Positions 21,146 to 30,412 of a stretch of 64,000 nt of DNA are shown in pieces. The DNA is taken from positions 64,001-128,000 of the forward strand of contig CAWDLW010000018.1 of NCBI GenBank assembly GCA_963803145.1, written 5' to 3'. The position numbers and the translations under genes are program-made. The notes beneath the pieces were generated by a model that saw only the letters and a list, made by a program, of their open reading frames with translations, had not been told where the DNA came from and did not search any database. Numbering within the stretch: position 1 is the first letter of the stretch; the number at the start of each line of letters is the position of its first letter. This DNA comes from Methanotrichaceae archaeon. Its GTDB lineage: Archaea; Halobacteriota; Methanosarcinia; Methanotrichales; Methanotrichaceae.

Positions 21146-21436
21146 TCGTTTAGTTAAATATTCAAGCTTTCTGTAAAAATGAAGCGAAGTGGTATCATCT
21201 CATTTTTATGGCACGGCCTGGTATTTTAATCTCTAGTTTTAGGCAGTAGAATAAGATTCTCGTATTTTATATTTATATAACAAAATGGTGATTTTTTAAG
21301 CACATATTTCATTACTTGCCTGAATTTTTGATCCAAGACATATAGTAAACTATAATTACCAATTGCTATACTTGCTTTCCATTAGGATAGAGACGCTCTA
21401 TAAACGAGCGATGATTAGATGGAAAAAGAAGTAACT

Positions 21437-21628
21437 ATGTCCACAAAATTCAATCATTGCCCAAACTGAGGGAGAATACCAGGCAAAAGCCTCTTTGGCG
21501 GTACACATATTAACATATTTGAATGTAAAAAATGCGGCTCTTGCTATTGTAATAAGTGTGGTGATGGGCGATGCCCTAATTGTGGTAGCAGGGAGAACAA
21601 GAAGGCTGGAGAAGTTTATGAGAGATAA
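21437..21628 (+). pseudogene. Small Cys-rich RING-like Zn-finger gene with an in-frame TGA at a Cys position
   Basis: Translation MSTKFNHCPN*GRIPGKSLFGGTHINIFECKKCGSCYCNKCGDGRCPNCGSRENKKAGEVYER. TGA at 21467-21469. Confidence 0.75.
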
Positions 21629-21640
21629 GGAGATAGGACT

Positions 21641-21757
21641 ATGGAGACACAAACTAAGGGGATATTAGCCCTTGCCCTGTTTAGTATTGGGACCATATCC
21701 ATGTGGCGGCAAGCATTTCGATCAACTATAATTAATGTTGCTCCTCCTCAGAGGTGA
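21641..21757 (+). CDS. 38-aa hydrophobic micro-protein
   Basis: AGGAGA RBS. Translation METQTKGILALALFSIGTISMWRQAFRSTIINVAPPQR. Fills the operon gap. Confidence 0.45.
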   Translation: METQTKGILALALFSIGTISMWRQAFRSTIINVAPPQR

Positions 21758-21763
21758 TCAAAA

Positions 21764-22333
21764 ATGGGATTCCTAGATAAGCTCAAAGGCAAAGAAACAA
21801 AGAAGGATAAACCTCAAACCGAAGCGACAAACGCAAATTCCTCATCTGAATCAAAGAGCGATCCCTACGATTTGAATCTTGATGGAGTTGACAGAGGATA
21901 TTCAGCCGTGGTTAGAAGAGATAAACAAGGAAAATCAAGTGGTGACTGGCAGCTAGATGGCATTGGGATCGTTTATCATGGGGGCAGTATTGATGAGGCC
22001 ATCGAGTGTTTTAATAAGGCATTAAGAATTGACCTCGAAGACCAAGGCGCTTGGTTAGGCAGAGGATACTGCCTGATGTCACTTGGGGTCTATGACAAAG
22101 CAATTGCTTGCTTCAAAGAGATCATTAAACTAGATCCAGATGTAGTTGCAGATTGTTGTTTTGCAGAGGCATGGAACAAGATGGGGCAATGTTATGAGGC
22201 TATGGGTAACGAAGGAGAAGCAAGAAACGCTTATTCTAAGGCTAGTGAATGGGGACACACAAAAGATGGCGATACATATCCTGAACCATATCCTGGGTTA
22301 GACAGAAGCCCTCTAAAAAAGATCCCTGATTAG
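21764..22333 (+). CDS. TPR-repeat protein
   Basis: EAIECFNKAL, AWLGRGYCL..LG.YDKAI and AWNKMG repeats. GAGGTGA RBS. Confidence 0.85.
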   Translation: MGFLDKLKGKETKKDKPQTEATNANSSSESKSDPYDLNLDGVDRGYSAVVRRDKQGKSSGDWQLDGIGIVYHGGSIDEAIECFNKALRIDLEDQGAWLGRGYCLMSLGVYDKAIACFKEIIKLDPDVVADCCFAEAWNKMGQCYEAMGNEGEARNAYSKASEWGHTKDGDTYPEPYPGLDRSPLKKIPD

Positions 22334-22704
22334 ATCATCCAACGAATTTGAGTATGTATATCTTCTTTTTTGTATCTTCGGAGCCAGAATACTATTTTAT
22401 AAATACCTTCTTCGATTGCAAAGGCATGGGTTGGCGCTCCAGATTCTATGCCTATACAAACAACGCCCAGTGCTATTATAGATGTGTTATTCACCGCGTA
22501 GCTAAGAATTTCAAGAAAGATACCAAAAGAGATTATTTGGGGGCGCATAATGGCGTAGGTTACGGCGCCATTTCAGTCAAGTATATCCATTCAGGGCCTT
22601 CATTCAATACGAGTTCATATCTTCAGCAGCGCCGCACACCAGACAAATAATCCATGCACCTCCGATTCTTTTATTATTGTTGTAGTAGTATCAATTGGCA
22701 TCAT

Positions 22705-22848
22705 TTAACTCATTTGTTTTCCACATATTTTGCATTTAGAGCCATATTTATAAACGCAATTCTTACAAGCAAAATGTCCATTTAGACATACTTTTCCACC
22801 AGAGACTTCTGTCTCTTTTCCGCAAATATCACATGTTCTTTTTGGCAT
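22705..22848 (-). CDS. 47-aa standalone RING-finger (C3HC4) protein
   Basis: Translation MPKRTCDICGKETEVSGGKVCLNGHFACKNCVYKYGSKCKICGKQMS gives C-x2-C-x11-C-x3-H-x2-C-x2-C-x7-C-x2-C. TATA-like TTTAAATA upstream. Confidence 0.85.
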   Translation of the reverse strand: MPKRTCDICGKETEVSGGKVCLNGHFACKNCVYKYGSKCKICGKQMS

Positions 22849-22920
22849 ATCTGCATCCCTCAAAATATTTATATTTAAATTGTATTAGTCCATAGATGCC
22901 GGTTCTGTATATGCGAATAT

Positions 22921-22943
22921 GTGCGGGGAATAAGACCCCCGCA
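22921..22943. other. Perfect 8-bp GC hairpin between the two RING paralogs
   Basis: GTGCGGGG-AATAAGA-CCCCGCAC. Confidence 0.6.
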
Positions 22944-23013
22944 CCAACTATGCTAGGCATGACCTAAAGCACACTAACTAGCCGGATCGAGGTAATTCAT
23001 GTTCAGGCCAACT

Positions 23014-23153
23014 TCACCTTATAATGGTACCGCATATTTTACATATATTACCGTGGTTTTTTCGGCAACTTTCGCATGCAAAATGGCCCTTGGCACATAC
23101 TCCGCCGCCCCATGCCTCTCTCTTCCGCATATATCACATTTTCTTTTTGTCAT
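23014..23153 (-). pseudogene. Frameshifted paralog of the C3HC4 RING protein
   Basis: Translation MTKRKCDICGRE..[frameshift]..GGGVCAKGHFACESCRKNHGNICKICGTIIR*. Length 140 nt (3n+2). Confidence 0.8.
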
Positions 23154-23224
23154 GTTTTCATTCCCCTCATACGTTATATCTAGACTACATTTCTTTTATA
23201 ACTATAAACTAGATACTATAAACA

Positions 23225-23584
23225 TCAGGTGGCACCAGGTTTTATAACTTCTTCACCATTCCATTCTTTGGCTAGCTTTAAATGCCATGCAAGTTTATCA
23301 GGCACTTTCCTAATATCGCCCTCTAAATTAGCTATTAAAGCTATACGATCACGTTTAAATTCTATTCCATTCACAAAATCGTAAGCATAAAAATATTTAG
23401 TCTTTCCAGTTTCAGGATCGCTCGGCTCTATCCAATATAAAGCCGGTAAACATACGTTATATTTTTCTAGCAATTGTTTTTCATCATCAGTCAAAGTTAA
23501 TTTTGCATTCAATACAAATTCCAAACCCGATCCAGATAAGATGCCTTTCTTTGAGTTTTGCGTCCTGCGAAGATGCAATTCCAT
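23225..23584 (-). CDS. Hypothetical protein
   Basis: Open frame MELHLRRTQ...WNGEEVIK, co-oriented with the RING genes. GAGG upstream. Confidence 0.7.
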   Translation of the reverse strand: MELHLRRTQNSKKGILSGSGLEFVLNAKLTLTDDEKQLLEKYNVCLPALYWIEPSDPETGKTKYFYAYDFVNGIEFKRDRIALIANLEGDIRKVPDKLAWHLKLAKEWNGEEVIKPGAT

Positions 23585-23639
23585 ATAGACCCTCAATTGA
23601 TTTTTTAGGCATGTTCAACCTCAATTAAAAGCGGCAAAC

Positions 23640-23772
23640 TTACCTCGCCGAAGTATTACAGTGTGGGCATTTTCCATTTCTCAGGTGTGTAGCATACCCA
23701 AGCTTCACAACGCGGACAATATTTTATACTTATCTCACGTTCTTCGCTACAGTAAAAATACTTATGTCTCAT
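23640..23772 (-). pseudogene. Frameshifted small RING-like Zn-finger gene
   Basis: GAGGGGAG RBS. Translation MRHKYFYCSEEREISIKYCPRCEAWVCYT[frameshift in ACACAC run]LRNGKCPHCNTSAR*. Confidence 0.65.
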
Positions 23773-24249
23773 ATTTCTCCCCTCTTGATGTAAAATATTT
23801 CCTTTTTGGGTTTATCAGTAATAATACGGTATATTTAAACCTACGCTAATCTAATTATCTATAATAAAAGTATGATAAAAACTCATTTATATAAAATCCT
23901 TACCTGGGGTAGAATAGCTGGAATATACACGTTGATCCTACCGCCTTGAGTATGTATAACCTGTAAACTTTCCTTTTATTTTTAGCGTCTTCAAAGCCAA
24001 GATACTGTTTTTATAAACATCTTTTCGACCTACAAAGGCATGGATTTGCGCTCCGGATTATACAGTGCATTTCTATTTTAGCCGCTGTCGAAAAATCTCT
24101 ATCGGTCAATTATCGAAAATTCGTTCTATAAAGTATATGAACGATAAGTTAGGAAGAGGGCTAGCTAGGTCAATCTTTAAGAATTCTGCGAGTTGTATAA
24201 CCTGCTACGGTTAATTGGCGAGGTGAGTATGTTTAACATCAAAATAGCT

Positions 24250-24301
24250 AAGAGTCTGAAGTTCCTTGCCTCTCCAAATCCCATACCTTGAGCATTTTAT
24301 C
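24250..24301 (-). pseudogene. WD40-repeat remnant
   Basis: DKMLKVWDLE[frameshift]GKELQTL matches the WD40 blade consensus DKTLKVWDLxxGKELxTL. Confidence 0.55.
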
Positions 24302-24391
24302 CCATAATTCGATACCGTATCGTAAAAGCCGAGGGAGCGCTTCATATCAACATGGTCGGAATACGAGCCAATTCGCTTCTTAGGATGTTGA

Positions 24392-25492
24392 CTAGAAAAT
24401 TCTCAGCCCCCCTCTCACAAACTCTTCCACCAGTTCGTCAGTGCTCTCGAGGTAGTAATCGATGATAGACTCAATTTTTGATTTCAATGCCTCTGTGAGC
24501 TGAAGATCTCCAGCAATCTTCACGCCTTTCAATAGAGGTTGATCAATCGGCGAGCCGATCTTACTCACCAAAGTCACGTAAGCCTCTTTTACCCCCTCAA
24601 GCTCCGCAATGTCCGAAGCTGCGCGCATCCCCAAGACGTTATAGATCTTTCCAACATGGCTGACTGGATTTTTGCCAGCTATCGCCTCCATCGTCATCGG
24701 CCTCATGGGAGTTATCAGGCCATTTCCGCGATTGCCCCTGCCAGTTGCTCCGTCATCGCCCATCTCAATTGATGTGCCTGTAACTGTGAGGTAAAGGTTA
24801 TCTTCTGTATCTGCTGCATTCACGCTCACATTCGCATCTGCGGCATTCTTTAGAACCGCCTCCCTAACACGGTCCTTGGTTTCGTAATAATCGTCACGCG
24901 ACAGAATATATTTTGAGAGCATTGCGGCAGCTACTACTATATCGAGATCATCTCCCATGCGCACAGCCATAATCTTGGTATCCTCACCCACTCCACGGAT
25001 GCCATGTATCACATCATCCAGATCCAGAACAAGCCTTTCAATAGAATCCAGGGGTGCAAAACCTACGCCGATTGAAGTATCGTTCGCGCCACGACCAATC
25101 AGGCTCCGGAGCTCAGGAGCCCCCTCCGCAATCCTAGGCTCGATCCTGAATTCCTTAAGGCTCTTTAAGGTCGCGCTAAAAAAAGAGGTGACCGCATCAT
25201 CGATAATCTCATTTACAGCTTTCGCAGAGGGAGTTGTTGCTCTCCCTCCAACCACAACCGATGGCGGTGCAAGTATCGATCCTCCTCCGAACTCAGGACG
25301 GCTCTTGCCAGCAATTATGAGAACCTTATCGACATTATAATGCATTATTTGGCCGAACTCCTCCAAATAAAAACGACATAATGCTACAGATATCGATTCT
25401 GAGACCCCATCTGCAAGTGTATCCGGGTGGCCAATGCCTTTGCGCTCAACCGCTTCGAAAGGAGGAACTATATGCTTCTGGATTGTGATCAT
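24392..25492 (-). CDS. mat: S-adenosylmethionine synthetase, archaeal type
   Basis: [34 protein letters not shown] and [11 protein letters not shown] motifs. Confidence 0.95.
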   Translation of the reverse strand: MITIQKHIVPPFEAVERKGIGHPDTLADGVSESISVALCRFYLEEFGQIMHYNVDKVLIIAGKSRPEFGGGSILAPPSVVVGGRATTPSAKAVNEIIDDAVTSFFSATLKSLKEFRIEPRIAEGAPELRSLIGRGANDTSIGVGFAPLDSIERLVLDLDDVIHGIRGVGEDTKIMAVRMGDDLDIVVAAAMLSKYILSRDDYYETKDRVREAVLKNAADANVSVNAADTEDNLYLTVTGTSIEMGDDGATGRGNRGNGLITPMRPMTMEAIAGKNPVSHVGKIYNVLGMRAASDIAELEGVKEAYVTLVSKIGSPIDQPLLKGVKIAGDLQLTEALKSKIESIIDYYLESTDELVEEFVRGGLRIF

Positions 25493-25733
25493 CTTATCAC
25501 ATTTTTAATTCTAGCTGTTGAAGATTAATATCTTTCCAAATGATTGTAGAATGACCATTGATTTGGCGAAGCATAATTTATATTTTTATTAATATCACTA
25601 GTTTCGGCAGCTATATAGAGTCTGGAATTAGCATCACATTTATAAATTCCGAAGAAATATCCCACAATTCCAATCGCTGTAAAGGTCTTCCAGGAATGAG
25701 TTTATAAGCTTGAAGATATCAGGCTTATTCTGT

Positions 25734-26969
25734 ATGAGTGAATCAACGACCCTATCAGGTCAGGACACCATTCAGGAGCTCTTCACGAAGAGGATCTCCG
25801 CCCTTGAGACAGAGAACAAGAGCCTTGCAGAGGAACTTGAAACCACGAAGGTTGAGAGAGAGGAGATAAGAGCAAAGCTCTTCGAATCCCTTATTGTAAA
25901 TAAAAAATACCTCCGTGAGGTGGAGAGGCTCAAGAAGGAGAACACTCTTCTCAAGAGGATGCCGCTTTTCCTTGCCACAGTTGTGGAGACGGGAGACGAC
26001 TACATCCTTTTAAGGCAACATGGTAACAACCAAGAGTTTATAACCACTGCACCGCCGGAGCTGATGGATAAGCTTGACCCCAACACCCGTGTAGCAATAA
26101 ACAACTCGCTTACAATTGTGAGGGTTCTCGATCGCTCTGTTGATGCGCGTGCCAAGATTATGGAACTTATTGAAGCTCCCGAGATATCCTACGCGCAAGT
26201 TGGCGGCTTGGAGGCCCAGATTCAGGAGATCAGGGAGACTGTTGAGCTGCCGCTAACACATCCTGAGATGTTCAAGCAAATAGGTATTGAGCCTCCAAGA
26301 GGTATACTGCTCTATGGCCTGCCTGGAACAGGCAAGACGCTCCTCGCAAAAGCCGTTGCACATGAATCAAAAGCAACTTTCATCCACATGTCAGGCTCTG
26401 AACTCGTCCACAAATTCATTGGCGAGGGAGCTCAGCTAGTGCGTGATATCTTCCAGATGGCCAGGGATAAGGCTCCGTCTATAATATTCATCGATGAAAT
26501 CGATGCTGTAGGAAGCATAAGGACGCATGACGGCACTACCGGCAGCGCTGAGGTAAACAGGACGATGATGCAGCTCCTGGCAGAGATGGATGGATTTAGA
26601 ACCAGAGGCGACATAAAAATAATCGCAGCCACCAACAGGATCGATATCCTGGACCCGGCGCTTCTTAGACCCGGAAGATTCGATAGAATCATCGAAATCC
26701 CAATGCCTAGTATGGATGCGCGGCTCAAGATCCTGGAGATCCATGCATCCAAGATGAAGAAGTCCGAGGATGTGGATATTGTCGAGATCGCCAAGGCAAC
26801 AGATAGCGCAAGCGGCGCAGACTTGAATTCTATTGTTGTTGAGGCGGGTATGAACGCCATCCGTAGAAACGCAACATGTGTAGCTCGCGACGACTTCGAG
26901 AAGGCTATTAAGAAGGTGCTCGGTGACGAAGAACAGAGCACGGAAGAATCGATGAGAATGTTCTCGTAA
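25734..26969 (+). CDS. pan: Proteasome-activating nucleotidase
   Basis: N-terminal coiled coil, Walker [16 protein letters not shown], and [19 protein letters not shown]. Confidence 0.95.
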   Translation: MSESTTLSGQDTIQELFTKRISALETENKSLAEELETTKVEREEIRAKLFESLIVNKKYLREVERLKKENTLLKRMPLFLATVVETGDDYILLRQHGNNQEFITTAPPELMDKLDPNTRVAINNSLTIVRVLDRSVDARAKIMELIEAPEISYAQVGGLEAQIQEIRETVELPLTHPEMFKQIGIEPPRGILLYGLPGTGKTLLAKAVAHESKATFIHMSGSELVHKFIGEGAQLVRDIFQMARDKAPSIIFIDEIDAVGSIRTHDGTTGSAEVNRTMMQLLAEMDGFRTRGDIKIIAATNRIDILDPALLRPGRFDRIIEIPMPSMDARLKILEIHASKMKKSEDVDIVEIAKATDSASGADLNSIVVEAGMNAIRRNATCVARDDFEKAIKKVLGDEEQSTEESMRMFS

Positions 26970-26993
26970 AAGGGAACCACTCTGATTATCAAA

Positions 26994-27010
26994 GGCGGCC
27001 AATGGCCGCC
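26994..27010. terminator. GC hairpin between the convergent pan and engB genes
   Basis: GGCGGCC-AAT-GGCCGCC. Confidence 0.4.
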
Positions 27011-27092
27011 GGAACAATTTTCTTAGAGGGATTTTTTCGAATGGGCTTATTAGCATCAGATGCATTATTGGTAACTTTTGCTATGACAGGTT

Positions 27093-27162
27093 CTAGCATT
27101 AGCTACTAGCATTAACTGCTAGCGTTAACTACTCACGTTAACTACTCGCGTTAACCGCTAGC
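27093..27162. repeat. Degenerate 13-bp tandem repeat (5+ units) overlapping the engB stop codon
   Basis: ctagcattagcta ctagcattaactg ctagcgttaacta ctcacgttaacta ctcgcgttaaccg ctagc. Confidence 0.85.
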
Positions 27163-27720
27163 TCTTGCCAGTCTCTTATTTATAATTATTTTAATCGGCT
27201 CAATCTGGCCTCTTTTGGCACTCATCGGCGCGATTTTATCTACCCATTGGCGCCACGGAGGAAGCATTCCCAATCTTTCAACAATCCCATCCAGGGCCTC
27301 ATCTTTATTTGAGATTCTATCCATTTTGTTTGCTGCTACTACCACGTCCAACCCTAGATCTTTTAGGAAATCATAAAGCTCTATCTCCAAGGGCACCTCG
27401 CCTCGTTTCTCCCATCGATCGGCAATGTCGAGGAACGAAGCAGCATCTATGATCTGAATAGCGAGGAGAATGTTGTCCTTGTTTTGCTCAAAGTATTCAA
27501 CGACCAAGTTCTTTGTCATCTCCTGCTCCTCCTTAGATAGAGATTTCATAAATCCGTAGCCAGGCATATCTACGTATACGGCATTGCCGATTTTAACCTT
27601 GAAGGGCCACCTTGTCATACCCGGCCTCCTGCCTACATTGACCTTTTTCCCAGTAAGCTGCCTGAATAGGGTTGATTTGCCCACATTTGACCTTCCTATC
27701 AGGACGATCTCCTTTGGCAT
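27151..27720 (-). CDS. engB: GTP-binding protein EngB
   Basis: GRSNVGKS, DMPGYG, NKMD and PPWRQW motifs. Confidence 0.93.
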   Translation of the reverse strand: MPKEIVLIGRSNVGKSTLFRQLTGKKVNVGRRPGMTRWPFKVKIGNAVYVDMPGYGFMKSLSKEEQEMTKNLVVEYFEQNKDNILLAIQIIDAASFLDIADRWEKRGEVPLEIELYDFLKDLGLDVVVAANKMDRISNKDEALDGIVERLGMLPPWRQWVDKIAPMSAKRGQIEPIKIIINKRLARASG

Positions 27721-27852
27721 GGCATCTTCAAGAGATGCTCGGGTTGAAAAGGATGTCTATAATTTAAGCGGACTATTTAAGTGGACTCGAATTATCGAGT
27801 AAATTACTGGGCTACTAAGAAAAGGTAAAAAAGGTGTTGATTCCGGTTAAGG

Positions 27853-28536
27853 TCACCCCAGCTTCATATAATTAGAAGTTTTGCCATTGCCGGCACTGGC
27901 ACTGGCACTGGTACCGGTTCCATTGCCTGATTCATTTACCGCTATCTGTAATGCATCATTGAATGTCTTGGATTCTCCTTGCGCTGAGGCAACTAGAGTG
28001 GTATTATAAATCCCGCCCGCAATGGCCGCAGTCCAGGTCCCGACATATTCTCCTCCAGGCGTTTGATCCAGAGTCAAATTGCTAACTTCTACGCCAACGG
28101 AGTTGCTGATGATCGCGTAAGCGGTCATATTCGCTACATCTCCAAGGGTTGCGGTAATCTTAACCGGGCTTCCAGGATTTGCTGGATTGGGGCTCGCGCC
28201 GATATTATTAAGATTGACGTTAAGCTCTGGCGCCTGTACGGGACTATCCGTCATTTCCGAGTTGCTGGCGCTAGTATTTCCATTTTTGGCTGCATTGACA
28301 TTGAACTGTGAGTTCGTCTGCCTGGCAACTGCGGCACTATAGACCTGAGGTCCCGTCTGCTCAGCGGCTGTATTTCCTATATTGTTTAACTCCGCTTGAG
28401 GGTCCCAATTCTCTTCGGCGCCGCAGGTTGCACATCCTGCACTCGCTATAGCCGTTAGGGCATTGATGCCTACTACGGAAACCATGAGGCATAACAAAGC
28501 CAGAATGAGTATCGATTTTGACATAATTTTTGACAT
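27853..28536 (-). CDS. Secreted hypothetical protein with an Ig-like C-terminal region
   Basis: N-terminal signal peptide, CATCG motif and beta-rich C-terminus. Confidence 0.75.
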   Translation of the reverse strand: MSKIMSKSILILALLCLMVSVVGINALTAIASAGCATCGAEENWDPQAELNNIGNTAAEQTGPQVYSAAVARQTNSQFNVNAAKNGNTSASNSEMTDSPVQAPELNVNLNNIGASPNPANPGSPVKITATLGDVANMTAYAIISNSVGVEVSNLTLDQTPGGEYVGTWTAAIAGGIYNTTLVASAQGESKTFNDALQIAVNESGNGTGTSASASAGNGKTSNYMKLG

Positions 28537-28592
28537 AATATCTCCTCTACCACGTCATCGTCTTTGACATAATATCTCCTTTACTACGTCAT
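28529..28592. repeat. 30-bp direct repeat duplicating the RBS and start codon
   Basis: tttgacataatatctcctYtacYacgtcat at 28529-28558 and 28563-28592. Confidence 0.85.
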
Positions 28593-28763
28593 TGGACACC
28601 GGCGAGCGCATTCTATAACGATGCCGCCTCTGCCATCAATCCCTAAAATCGGCTTTCTATATATACTATGTTGTACTCAGGCAGATTATGTTACGGCTTT
28701 CGTCGAAATAGCTGCTTTGATAGGAAAATCGTAATAAATCTATAATAGATACTAAAAGCATCC

Positions 28764-29336
28764 ATGACCGATGCAAAAGAAGTCGCAATCACGCTGATAA
28801 AAGCTATTGCCATATCGGATAATGATATCTTCACAGATTCAACCTCGCCAAAGTATACAACTATCGATTACTATCGTATGGCCTGCCACAGCCTCTTTGA
28901 GTGCAAACACTGCGGAACCTGCTGCACAACCGGTGACCCTATAAGGCTTAAGCATGAGGATATCGCCAAAATTGCAAAGCATCTTAAGATACCCACAAAT
29001 AAGGCTATCAAAAAGCTGACTGTTAAAGATCCAGACAAACCAGAAGTGCTTGATTTCAAGCATATCTTGCCGTGCAAGTTTTACGATATTGAGGCAGAGG
29101 TCTGCAAGATTTACACTGTTCGCCCCTGGTCATGCCGCATCTTCCCTTTTTTAGGAATCTATGGCTCTGAGAATCAAGTCAAAGTAAACGAATCCTGCCC
29201 AGGATCTGTTGAAACCATGAAGATATTGACTGCTGCTATGGAGGAAACACGCTCCAAGATAGCAGTTTCTACATTTGGGGTAGAGGTGGTCAGGCAGGCG
29301 AAGGAGAAGCTGAGGACTGTTCTTGAGAATGTCTGA
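28764..29336 (+). CDS. YkgJ-family cysteine-cluster protein
   Basis: FECKHCGTCC, CKFY and CKIY..RP..CRIFPF motifs. Confidence 0.88.
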   Translation: MTDAKEVAITLIKAIAISDNDIFTDSTSPKYTTIDYYRMACHSLFECKHCGTCCTTGDPIRLKHEDIAKIAKHLKIPTNKAIKKLTVKDPDKPEVLDFKHILPCKFYDIEAEVCKIYTVRPWSCRIFPFLGIYGSENQVKVNESCPGSVETMKILTAAMEETRSKIAVSTFGVEVVRQAKEKLRTVLENV

Positions 29337-29364
29337 GGCTGCATTAACAGGATTCGAAAAAAGT

Positions 29365-30309
29365 TCAGGGTTCCTGCTTGAATACCTCAACAAGCGAATC
29401 TTTAGCCATCTTCATAACCCCCATTGGACAGGTCTTATAGGCTTTGCGCAAATGCTCTATTGCCCTTTCATCTCCGATCTCTCCGAGGCTCCAGGCAGAC
29501 CAGGCGCGGATCTCCTCTTCATCCTCGCCAAACATAATCTCGACCAGATGATCAACGGCAGAGTTTCGGCCAATCTCGCCCAAAGTTGTAACGGCCGTTA
29601 ACCTCACGCCATAATCCTCATCCTTCAGTGCAGTTAGGGCGAGATTGCAGGCATTTTCTCCTTTTATCTGCGCCAATGATTTTAGCGCCTCAGTCCTTAC
29701 TGCGGGATCAGAATCCTCAATGGCCTTGCCAAGAATATCAAGGGCTCTATCGCCAGCACACTCGCCCATGAAGGCTGTCGCCCTTCTCCTGACCTCAATA
29801 TCTTCATCCTCGATAAAGCGAGCGACCTCCTCCTGTGCAGCATTATGCTTTATCTTTGCAAGGCCTGTAATCGCCATTCCCCTTATCTCAGGCTCTGGAG
29901 ATTTGAGAAGATCCATTAATGCATCTGCCGCACCTAGATTCCGCAGCGCAACTCCTGCGCGTAAGCGGACATCCTTGCTGCTATCAGATCTTACGGCCTT
30001 GACGAGATATGGCACCGCAGATGGGTTGTTCATAGTCTCTAAAGCTGCAGCAGACCATTCACGAACCACGTAATCGGAATCATTGAGAAGAGCATTCCCG
30101 AGAGGCTTAATTGCCCTTGGGCTTCCTATCTTTCCCAGAGCCCAAGCAGCTTTGTATCGCAGATCTGAGAACTCGCCAGTCTCAAGCGCATTGATGAGCG
30201 GATCAACAGATGCTTCTCCTAAACTCACGAGAGCCCAGGCAGCCTTCTGGCGCTCAAAATAATCATTGCTATTCCCTAGCTTTTGAATAAGTTCAGCAGC
30301 TCTATCCAT
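29365..30309 (-). CDS. HEAT-repeat (PBS lyase-like) protein
   Basis: Repeated VR..AA.ALG.IG units. Confidence 0.9.
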   Translation of the reverse strand: MDRAAELIQKLGNSNDYFERQKAAWALVSLGEASVDPLINALETGEFSDLRYKAAWALGKIGSPRAIKPLGNALLNDSDYVVREWSAAALETMNNPSAVPYLVKAVRSDSSKDVRLRAGVALRNLGAADALMDLLKSPEPEIRGMAITGLAKIKHNAAQEEVARFIEDEDIEVRRRATAFMGECAGDRALDILGKAIEDSDPAVRTEALKSLAQIKGENACNLALTALKDEDYGVRLTAVTTLGEIGRNSAVDHLVEIMFGEDEEEIRAWSAWSLGEIGDERAIEHLRKAYKTCPMGVMKMAKDSLVEVFKQEP

Positions 30310-30412
30310 GCCCTTTTATTTATTCCGCGGTCTTTTAAGCTTTGCTCAAAAGATAGAGTTATATCCAGTACGTGATAGCCTACTACCAAAGATAACCGAT
30401 AGGACTTGAATA

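Noticed and set aside
21467-21469. Selenocysteine codon
   Set aside because: No SECIS or Sec machinery is visible and neighbouring genes carry ordinary lesions, so a nonsense mutation is more parsimonious. Kept only as a check.
22330-22704. Short ORFs on both strands between the TPR and RING genes
   Set aside because: Overlapping candidates with no recognisable motif. I could not decide whether any is real.
17577-24301. Complete ubiquitin-like conjugation operon or provirus
   Set aside because: No Ubl, E1, E2, JAB, integrase or virion genes were found in any frame I read.
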